From Synechocystis sp. PCC 6803 substr. PCC-P (lineage in GTDB: Bacteria; Cyanobacteriota; Cyanobacteriia; Cyanobacteriales; Microcystaceae), in assembly GCF_000284455.1 (NCBI RefSeq), contig NC_017039.1, forward strand, positions 870,001 to 902,000: DNA of 32,000 nt, in the 5' to 3' direction. Position 1 is the first letter of the stretch; each line of letters begins with the position of its first letter. The notes beneath the pieces are model-generated. The model had not been told where the DNA came from. It was given only the letters and a program-made list of their open reading frames with translations, and searched no databases. The translations under genes were made by a program, and so were the position numbers. Shown in pieces: positions 19,322-27,200 of the stretch.

Positions 19322-20860
19322 ATGGCCATGCCCCTTGTCCAATCAATGAAAAAACCCCTGCCTATTCTGCTCAGTTTGTTGGGGCTAGGGATCCTGGTGG
19401 TGGGAATTTTTGCTTACCGTTCGGCCTATGGCCCTTCCCGCCAGTCGGAATTGGATAAATACACGGTCATGGCCACGGAGTCTCCCCTGGAGGTGGAGAT
19501 TAAGGCCAGCGGCACGGTGCAACCCCAGCAAACCGTCAATATTAGCCCCAAGGCTCCCGGGCGTTTGGTACGGCTTTTTGTCGAGCAGGGGGATGTGGTC
19601 AAAAAAGGCGATCGCATTGCGGTGATGGAAAATCAGGAATTTTTTGCCGACGGTAAGCAATCAGAAGCCCGTTTGCGGGAGGCGATCGCCCGCTACGAAC
19701 AGGCCCGCATCAGAATTCCCGCCGAAATTGACCAACTGCGGGCCCAAGTGAATCAAGGTCGTACCCGCATTGCCCAGGCCCAATCCCAACTGGCCAGTGC
19801 CCAAGCTCGCTTAGAACAAGCCCAATCGCGCATTCCCAGTAACATTGACCAATTGCGGGCCCAGGTGGCTTCGGCAGAATCTCGCCTCAAGCTAGCGGAA
19901 AATCGTCGCAATCGTAATCAAAGCCTCCTCCAGGAAGGGGCCATTACCCAGGATCAGTACGATGAACTCTCCAACGAGTTTTTAAATGCCCAAGCCGGCC
20001 TGTTTGAAGCCCAAAGTCGCTTGAATAATGCCAGAACTACCGCTTCCCCCGAAGTGGGACAGATTGAGCAAGAAATTGTCCAACTCCAAGGGGCGATCGC
20101 CGAGGCAGAACAGGGGGTAGCGGCCCAAATGGCCCAACTAAGGGAAAGACAAGGTACCGCTGAAACGGAATTGGCCACCCTCCAGGCCGCCGCTTCCCAA
20201 GCCGAAGCCCAACTAATGCGGAGCAAAATTGCCTATGAGGATACTTTCATCGTGGCTCCCTTTGACGGCATCATCACGCAAAAATTTGCCACAGTGGGTT
20301 CCTTTGTTACTCCCACCACCTCCGCTTCCAGCACAGCTTCCGCCACGTCCACTTCCATTGTGGCCCTAGCCCAGGGCCTAGAAGTAGTGGCCAGGGTACC
20401 GGAAGTAGATATTTCCGCTCTCCGTCCCGGACAAATGGTGGATATTGTGGCCGATGCCTTTCCCAATGAAACCTTTACCGGCCGGGTAATCCGGGTGGCC
20501 CCTGAAGCCATTGTGGAGAATAACGTCACGTCCTTTGAGGTCACCATTGGCTTAGCCACCGGCCAGGAACAATTGCGCTCAAAAATGAATGTGGATGTGG
20601 TCTTCAAGGGGGACAGGTTGGCCAATGCCTTGACTGTACCCACCGTGGCCATTGTTACCGTGGGGGGAAGAACTGGGGTGATGGTGCCCGATGCAGAGGA
20701 TAAGCCCCAGTTTAGGCCCGTCACCATTGGCCTGGTATTGGATGACAAAACCCAAATTCTTAGGGGATTAGAGCCCAAGGAACGGGTATTCATCGATTTA
20801 CCGGAAGACAGTCAAGATGCCCTCAATCCGCCGGAGGACTCCACCGAGTCGGACAATTGA
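19322..20860 (+). CDS. HlyD-family membrane fusion protein (periplasmic efflux adaptor), orphan
   Basis: From the ATG at 19322: MAMPLVQSMKKPLPILLSLLGLGILVVGIFAY (single N-terminal TM). It then has a lipoyl-like half (GDVVKKGDRIAVME), a long Q/A/R coiled-coil hairpin, a second lipoyl half (APFDGIITQ) and a beta-barrel. The ORF-track TTG start at 19268 is possible but has no support. Confidence 0.85.
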   Translation: MAMPLVQSMKKPLPILLSLLGLGILVVGIFAYRSAYGPSRQSELDKYTVMATESPLEVEIKASGTVQPQQTVNISPKAPGRLVRLFVEQGDVVKKGDRIAVMENQEFFADGKQSEARLREAIARYEQARIRIPAEIDQLRAQVNQGRTRIAQAQSQLASAQARLEQAQSRIPSNIDQLRAQVASAESRLKLAENRRNRNQSLLQEGAITQDQYDELSNEFLNAQAGLFEAQSRLNNARTTASPEVGQIEQEIVQLQGAIAEAEQGVAAQMAQLRERQGTAETELATLQAAASQAEAQLMRSKIAYEDTFIVAPFDGIITQKFATVGSFVTPTTSASSTASATSTSIVALAQGLEVVARVPEVDISALRPGQMVDIVADAFPNETFTGRVIRVAPEAIVENNVTSFEVTIGLATGQEQLRSKMNVDVVFKGDRLANALTVPTVAIVTVGGRTGVMVPDAEDKPQFRPVTIGLVLDDKTQILRGLEPKERVFIDLPEDSQDALNPPEDSTESDN

Positions 20861-20887
20861 TCAAGCCAAACCGCATCTAACGCCAAG

Positions 20888-20914
20888 GGAGCCCCAACAG
20901 GCTCCTTTTTTATT
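20888..20914 (+). terminator. Rho-independent terminator downstream of the MFP gene
   Basis: The 6-bp GC-rich stem GGAGCC (20888-20893) pairs with GGCTCC (20900-20905) over the loop CCAACA. It is followed directly by TTTTTTATT (20906-20914), 28 nt after the stop codon. Confidence 0.65.
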
Positions 20915-20953
20915 GCGACCAGTAACGATAAAAAAACTCCTTGTCAACTTTGC

Positions 20954-20990
20954 TTTACAAAAATTTACAAAACTGTTACATTTATTTACA
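20954..20990 (+). promoter_or_regulatory. Four phased (T/G)TTACA hexamers upstream of pgr5; candidate promoter or operator array
   Basis: TTTACA at 20954, TTTACA at 20964, GTTACA at 20975, TTTACA at 20985. Start-to-start spacing is 10, 11 and 10 bp. The last copy ends 92 nt before the pgr5 ATG. The function is not demonstrated. Confidence 0.35.
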
Positions 20991-21081
20991 TAAGGCAAAG
21001 AAAGTTTCCCCCATAAGGAAGCCAATGCCCCAGAAATAATTGTTTTTCTTGATTGCTCGTAGGAATTTAGGAGTCACTGCC

Positions 21082-21279
21082 ATGTTCGCCCCCATCGTTA
21101 TCTTGGTTCGTCAACAGTTAGGCAAAGCTAAGTTCAATCAGATCCGCGGTAAGGCGATTGCCCTCCACTGCCAGACCATCACCAACTTTTGTAACCGGGT
21201 GGGCATCGATGCCAAACAGCGCCAAAATTTAATCCGTTTAGCTAAGTCCAACGGCAAAACCCTCGGTTTATTGGCCTAA
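21082..21279 (+). CDS. pgr5: PGR5-like protein (cyclic electron flow around photosystem I)
   Basis: From the ATG at 21082, preceded by the AGGAG Shine-Dalgarno sequence at 21069-21073: MFAPIVILVRQQLGKAKFNQIRGKAIALHCQTITNFCNRVGIDAKQRQNLIRLAKSNGKTLGLLA. This aligns almost residue for residue with the mature Arabidopsis PGR5 as I remember it (...LFAPLVVVTRNLVGKKRFNQLRGKAIALHSQVITEFCKSIGADAKQRQGLIRLAKKNGERLGFLA). It corresponds to ssr2016 from memory. Confidence 0.9.
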   Translation: MFAPIVILVRQQLGKAKFNQIRGKAIALHCQTITNFCNRVGIDAKQRQNLIRLAKSNGKTLGLLA

Positions 21280-21378
21280 CTCTTCGTTTTCAATAATTCT
21301 TGCCAAACTGAGTCGGTGTAAGCCTTGTTAGATTGATATCCTCCGACTGCGTATTCCCCGAAAGCTTATCCGGAAATT

Positions 21379-21407
21379 TCCCCCCTAACTCTACGTCCAT
21401 GGGGGGA
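21379..21407 (+). terminator. Possible terminator-like hairpin about 100 nt downstream of pgr5
   Basis: The 7-bp stem TCCCCCC (21379-21385) pairs with GGGGGGA (21401-21407) over a 15-nt loop. It is followed by TTACTTTAT, which is only weakly U-rich. Confidence 0.3.
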
Positions 21408-21530
21408 TTACTTTATCTGGATATGCAACGTCTCTGACTTGCCAAGAAAACAGTCACAATTGTCCCAGACCGAAAGCAGGGATAATAGCCTTGGTAGCAA
21501 CAGCAACCCCAGCAATTGACCGGAGGCGTT

Positions 21531-23504
21531 ATGAAGAGTTTATGGGATGACCAGGAAGCCAACCAATACCAAGGGGATTTACCCCAACGGGTCTATACAT
21601 CCCGTTTGCTGGGCCGGGAACCATCCCTAGTGCTCCATGGCGGCGGCAATACCTCGGTGAAATGCCAGGTAACTAATTTGGTGGGGGAGAAGGAAGATAT
21701 TCTCTATGTCAAGGGTAGTGGTTGGGATTTGGCCACCATTGAGGCGGCGGGGTTTGCCCCAGTGAGAATGCCCCATTTGCTCAAGCTGTCTAAGTTGACG
21801 CAATTATCCGATCGCCAGATGGTCAATGAATTGAAAACCCAGATGACCCTGGCCAGTGCCCCCAGCCCTTCGGTGGAAACCATTCTCCACGCTATTTTGC
21901 CGTTTAAATATGTGGACCATACCCACGCTGATGCAGTGGTGACCATTACTAATACGGCCAATGGGGAGGAAAGAATTCGAGAAATTTACGGCGATCACCT
22001 GGTGATTATTCCCTACGTGATGCCGGGATTCGACTTGGCCCGGGTATGTGCGGAAAAATTCGCCGCCGAAGCCCATGGGGGAACAGTGGGTATGGTATTA
22101 ATGAACCATGGCATTTTTTCCTTTGGTGCCATCGCCCGGGAAGCCTACGAAGGCATGATTAGTTTAGTGAACGAAGCAGAGGAATATCTAAAAAATCAAG
22201 GGGTATGGCAGATTAGTTATGGCCAGCCGCAAAAATCAACTACGGAAAATAGATTGGCATTGGCCCAATTACGTTGTGATGCTAGCAAAATAGCGGGTTT
22301 TCCCTTGGTAATGCGGCAATATCAAGATGAAGCTAGTTTAAGTTTTAGCCAAAGGCCGGATTTAGCCCATATTAGCCAGCAAGGCCCGGCCACTCCGGAT
22401 CATGTAATCCGCACCAAACGTTTACCTCAACTGGGTCGAGATGTGGCAGATTATGCCAAAAAGTATCAGGAATATTTTCAGCGCAACGACGGTAAAAGTG
22501 GGGAAGTCAAAACCATGCTTGACCCTGCCCCCCGCATTATCCTTGATCGGGAACTGGGACTGCTTACCCTAGGAACTTCTGCTAAAAGTACGGCGATCGC
22601 CGGGGATATTTATCAGCACACCATGGCAATTATTCAGCGGGCCAAGGGGTTAGGGGGTTACCAAGCCCTGCCGGAGTCGGATATTTTTGTGGTGGAATAC
22701 TGGGATTTGGAACAGGCCAAATTAAAACAAGCTGGTAATCCTCCCATGTTTGCGGGGGAAGTGGCCCTGGTGACCGGCGGAGCATCCGGCATTGGTAAAG
22801 CTTCCGTTGCCCAATTACTTAAACAGGGGGCGGCGGTGATTGCGCTGGATATTCAACCTAACATTAGTGAACTCCACAATCGACCTGATTTCCTAGGAAT
22901 TCAATGTGACCTTACTGATGCCAATGCTTTCAAACAAGCTCTGGAACAGGGCATAGCCCAATTTGGCGGTTTGGACATGCTAGTGCTTAATGCTGGGATT
23001 TTTCCCGTGGCCCGGGCGATCGCCGAGTTATCCACGTTGGAATGGCAAAAGGTTTTAAACATTAATTTAGATGCCAATTTAACCCTGCTGCGGGAATGTT
23101 ATCCCCTGTTAAAGTTAGCGCCTAAGGGAGGGCGAGTGGTGGTAATTGGTTCTAAAAATGTGACCGCACCAGGCCCGGGTTTGGCGGCTTATTCAGCGTC
23201 AAAAGCAGCGTTAAATCAATTAATGCGGGTGGCAAGCTTGGAATGGGCCAAGGATAATATCCGCCTGAATACTATTCATCCCAATGGAGTATTTGATACA
23301 GGTTTTTGGACAGAGGAAGTGCTAGAAGCCAGGGCAAAACATTACGGTTTAACAGTGGAAGAGTATAAAGGTAATAATTTATTAAAAGTAGAGGTTACCA
23401 GTCAGGATGTGGCGGAATTAGTAACAGCCATGGCTAGTCCTTTATTTGGTAAAATTACCGGCGCTCAATTACCTTTAGATGGCGGCAATGATCGGGTTAT
23501 TTAG
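21531..23504 (+). CDS. Bifunctional class II aldolase/adducin-domain plus short-chain dehydrogenase/reductase protein (rhamnulose-1-phosphate aldolase/alcohol dehydrogenase-like)
   Basis: ATG at 21531 with a GGAGG sequence 5-9 nt upstream. The N-terminal ~400 aa are an aldolase-II-like domain (LVLHGGGNTSVK, YVDHTHADAVV). The C-terminal SDR has the Rossmann motif TGGASGIGKA and the catalytic YSASKAAL. Confidence 0.88.
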   Translation: MKSLWDDQEANQYQGDLPQRVYTSRLLGREPSLVLHGGGNTSVKCQVTNLVGEKEDILYVKGSGWDLATIEAAGFAPVRMPHLLKLSKLTQLSDRQMVNELKTQMTLASAPSPSVETILHAILPFKYVDHTHADAVVTITNTANGEERIREIYGDHLVIIPYVMPGFDLARVCAEKFAAEAHGGTVGMVLMNHGIFSFGAIAREAYEGMISLVNEAEEYLKNQGVWQISYGQPQKSTTENRLALAQLRCDASKIAGFPLVMRQYQDEASLSFSQRPDLAHISQQGPATPDHVIRTKRLPQLGRDVADYAKKYQEYFQRNDGKSGEVKTMLDPAPRIILDRELGLLTLGTSAKSTAIAGDIYQHTMAIIQRAKGLGGYQALPESDIFVVEYWDLEQAKLKQAGNPPMFAGEVALVTGGASGIGKASVAQLLKQGAAVIALDIQPNISELHNRPDFLGIQCDLTDANAFKQALEQGIAQFGGLDMLVLNAGIFPVARAIAELSTLEWQKVLNINLDANLTLLRECYPLLKLAPKGGRVVVIGSKNVTAPGPGLAAYSASKAALNQLMRVASLEWAKDNIRLNTIHPNGVFDTGFWTEEVLEARAKHYGLTVEEYKGNNLLKVEVTSQDVAELVTAMASPLFGKITGAQLPLDGGNDRVI

Positions 23505-23515
23505 GAGGAATTTTT

Positions 23516-23845
23516 ATGAATAGGAGACTGGTAGAGTCTTTGGCAGAAGCAGTTATTGCATTGCCAGTGGAGGATTATAGTTTATTTCAAAATACCCTCA
23601 TGGCAAAGATGATCAAAAAAACACCAGGGGTATGCGGTGGCCACGCTTGTATTCGGGATACCCGAATTGCAGTCTGGACAATTATTTCTCTTATCAATCA
23701 AGGAGGTACGGATTTGGAGTTACTGGCCGATTTTCCTGGATTAACTGCCTTTGATTTGTTGACCATCAAAGAATATTACCAATCTCATCAGCAGGAAATT
23801 GATAATCTTATTGATTACCAAGATCAAGAAAATTATCATGATTAA
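23516..23845 (+). CDS. DUF433-family small DNA-binding-like protein (putative antitoxin)
   Basis: 109-aa ORF. The core PGVCGGHACIRDTRIAVWTIISLINQGGTDLELLADFPGLTAFDLLTIKEYY is the DUF433 signature. An AGGAGG sequence lies 7-12 nt upstream. The stop codon overlaps the next gene's start within ATGATTAA. Confidence 0.8.
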   Translation: MNRRLVESLAEAVIALPVEDYSLFQNTLMAKMIKKTPGVCGGHACIRDTRIAVWTIISLINQGGTDLELLADFPGLTAFDLLTIKEYYQSHQQEIDNLIDYQDQENYHD

Positions 23846-24227
23846 ATTCTATAGCAACGAAAATTTATCCCTGGGCTTAGTTAATCAACTACGTCAATTA
23901 GGTTACAGTGTTTTGACTTCCTATGATGCAGGGAGAGCCAACCAAAGAATTACTGATTTATCTGTTTTGAAAGATGCAACAACTGATGGACGTTGTGTAA
24001 TTACATTTAATCGAAATGATTTTATTGAATTACATTTGAATAGAATAAAACACAAAGGCATAATAATTTGTAAAGAAGATCGAGATCAGATTGGACAAGC
24101 ATCAATAATTCATGATTTTTTAATTAATCAGAAAACTTTAGATAATCGTTTAATCAGAATATTAAAACAAAATCAACCTGGATTGAAGCAACCGCAATTT
24201 ACGATTAAAGAGTATTACCCTAGTTAA
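23838..24227 (+). CDS. DUF5615 / Mut7-C PIN-like domain protein (putative toxin)
   Basis: From the ATG at 23838: MIKFYSNENLSLGLVNQLRQLGYSVLTSYDAGRANQRITDLSVLKDATTDGRCVITFNRNDF. This matches the PIN-like DUF5615 pattern that is usually paired with DUF433. The gene is very AT-rich compared with its flanks. Confidence 0.78.
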   Translation: MIKFYSNENLSLGLVNQLRQLGYSVLTSYDAGRANQRITDLSVLKDATTDGRCVITFNRNDFIELHLNRIKHKGIIICKEDRDQIGQASIIHDFLINQKTLDNRLIRILKQNQPGLKQPQFTIKEYYPS

Positions 24228-24238
24228 AAATACGTTTG

Positions 24239-27200
24239 ATGCCTCAATTTAAAGCTATTACGACTATTGCAATTATTTTTTATCGTTCCCATTATTTGTC
24301 TGGCAATACAACTCCCATTGATGCTCTTTGTCAAGCTTTAGAAAAACATAATTTAAATCCCCTTGCTATCTATGTGTCTTCCCTGCGGGAGCCTGACGTA
24401 CAAGCAGAAATTTTAGCTATTCTAGAAAATTTGGACCAGCCCTTGGGAGCTATTTTAAACACCACTAGTTTTTCCCTCGCCAAGTTACAAAGACAGATCG
24501 GCAATCTGGAAATGATTCCCCTCTGGCAAAAACTAAATGTCCCGGTGCTCCAGGTAATTCTTAGTGGTGGCGATCGCCAACAATGGCAGGAAGGGTTGCG
24601 GGGACTGAACCCACGGGACTTAGCCATGAATGTGGCTTTGCCGGAAGTGGACGGCAGAATTATCACCAGGGCAATTTCTTTCAAAGCGATGGCAGCCCGT
24701 CATCCCCAACTGGAAACGGAGGTGGCAATTTATGAGCCTGTGCTGGATCGAGTTGAGTGGATAGCAGAACTAACTAAAAATATCATTAATTGCGCTCAAA
24801 CTGAAATTTTCCAACGGAAAATTGCTCTAATTTTAGCCAATTACCCTAACAAAGATGGTCGTTTGGCTAATGGGGTGGGGTTGGATACCCCAGCTAGTTG
24901 TCTACAAATTTTAGAAGCTTTAAAAATTGCTGGTTATCATCTTTCCGCCATTCCTAAAGACACTGAAACTTTAATTAAACAATTAACCCAAGGGGTAACC
25001 AATGACCAGGAATTAGCCCAATATCGAACCGTTAATCAAACCATTGTCACAGAGAAAGTATGGCAATTTTTTTACAGTTTGCCCCAGTCTGTACAACAGG
25101 CAATGACAGAGCGGTGGCAAGTTAGGGAGAATTGGGATAATTTACCGGATCAATTTGCCATTAGCGGCATCCAATTTGGCAATATTTTCGTTGGTATTCA
25201 ACCGGCTAGGGGCTATGATTTTGATCCTAGTTTGAATTACCATGCGCCGGATTTAGAACCCACCCTTCATTACCTTGCTTTTTATCTTTGGTTACGCCAG
25301 GAATTTTCTGCCCAGGCAATAATTCATCTAGGTAAACATGGCAATTTGGAATGGTTACCGGGCAAAAGTGTTGTTTTATCTGACCATTGCCATCCAGAGA
25401 TTGCCCTAGGCCCATTACCTAATTTTTATCCCTTTATTGTCAATGATCCAGGGGAAGGAACCCAAGCTAAACGCCGTAGTCAGGCTTGTATTATTGATCA
25501 TTTAACCCCTCCTTTAACCAGGGCAGAATTGTATGGCGACTTGGAAAAATTAGAGGCTTTAATTGATGAATATTATGAAGCCCAAGCCTTGGATCCAACT
25601 CGTGTTAAAACCATTGGCGATCGCCTCCGTAAATTATTGGCAACCAGCAATTTACAAACTGATTTAGGTTTAACCCCTCCGGCCCTGAAGGATTTACAAC
25701 CCTTGTTAACTTCGGCGGATAGTTATCTGTGTGAACTAAAGGAGGCCCAAATTCGGGACGGCCTACATATTTTAGGTCAAACTCCCACAGGAGAGCAGTT
25801 GCGGGATTTGGCGATTAGTATTGCCCGATCGCCATCCTATCAAAGACTTGGTTTAACCCAGGCGATCGCCTTTGATTTAGAACTAGAATTTGATCCGGTT
25901 TTGGACGATCCTAATGAACCATGGCAATTGTCGTCAACCATGCAGATGAAGTTGCAACAATGGGAATTAACCCAATTTATTGAATTATTTAATTCCTGTC
26001 GGATAGGGGGACAGGTTATTGAAATTTTAGAAGAAATTGCCAAGCAGTTAGTGGGAAGTCTACTTGAAATAGTAATTGTCGATCAAAAAGTCAATTTATT
26101 CTTTCAAAAGCCCGACAGTAAAACTAAATCTAATCTTGATTATATCGAGCAAACTCTTTTACCAATGCTACAACAAACTCCCCAGGAAATCACTAATTTA
26201 CTCCGGGGTTTAAATGGGGAATATATTGCCAGTGGGCCGGCGGGGGCACCTAGTCGTGGTCGCCCTGATGTACTGCCAACGGGACGGAATTTCTATGCGG
26301 TGGATATCCGGGCCATTCCCACAGAAACGGCTTGGGACATTGGCCGTCGAGCCGCTGAAACCCTGATTGAAAGGTACACCCAAGACCACGGAGAATATCC
26401 CCAAACTTTAGCTATTTCTATTTGGGGCACTTCCACCATGCGTACTGGCGGGGATGACATTGCCCAGGTTCTGGCCCTATTGGGAGTACAACCAGTGTGG
26501 GATAGCCCTTCCCGTCGCATTGTTGATTTTGAAATTTTGCCCACCACTGTACTAAAACGTCCCCGGGTGGATGTGACCATCAGAATTTCTGGATTTTTTC
26601 GGGATAGTTTCCCCAACTTGGTGGAATTTCTCCACCAGGCGATCGCCGCTGTTAGTCAATTGGATGAACCGGCAAATTTGAATCCTTTAGCAGAAAAAGT
26701 TAAGCAAGAAACCGAGCAATGGCAACAATTAGGTTTAGCAACGGAAGAAGCTGTAACTAAAGCAACCTATCGTATTTTTGGCTCTAAACCAGGGGCCTAT
26801 GGTGCTGGCTTACAAGGATTAATTGAAGCGCAAAATTGGCAAGATGATAGTGACTTAGCCCGAGCCTATCTTAATTGGAGTTGCTATGCCTACGATCGCC
26901 AGGGCGTTGGCCACAATCAACCGGAAGTATTTGCCCAGCGCCTGCAAAATTTACAAATTGTTTTACATAACCAAGACAATCGAGAACATGACTTGCTCGA
27001 CTCCGATGATTATTATCAGTTTCAGGGGGGATTAACAGCGGCGGTGCGGTCATTAACTGGGAAAAATCCCACCGTTTATTTTGGTGATAATTCTAATCCT
27101 GCCCAACCAAAAGTGAAGTTATTGACCCAAGAAATTGCCAAGGTTTATCGTTCTCGGGTGGTAAATCCTAAATGGATCGCTGGGGTAATGCGCCATGGCT

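Noticed and set aside
12556-20793. Long antisense ORFs: 12556-12900, 13159-13464, 14324-14815 (163 aa), 16714-17109, 17488-17913 (141 aa), 19954-20226, 20233-20793 (186 aa)
   Set aside because: Each is fully embedded antisense to a gene with clear family motifs (urtB, urtC, htrA, MFP). Their products are Ser/Pro/Arg/Thr-rich with no recognisable motifs, which is typical of codon-bias shadow frames.
20974-20990. TGT-N11-ACA within the pgr5 upstream array as a CRP/NtcA-family site
   Set aside because: The spacing is one base longer than the TGT-N10-ACA geometry required by CRP/NtcA-family dimers. The phased-hexamer description fits the sequence better.
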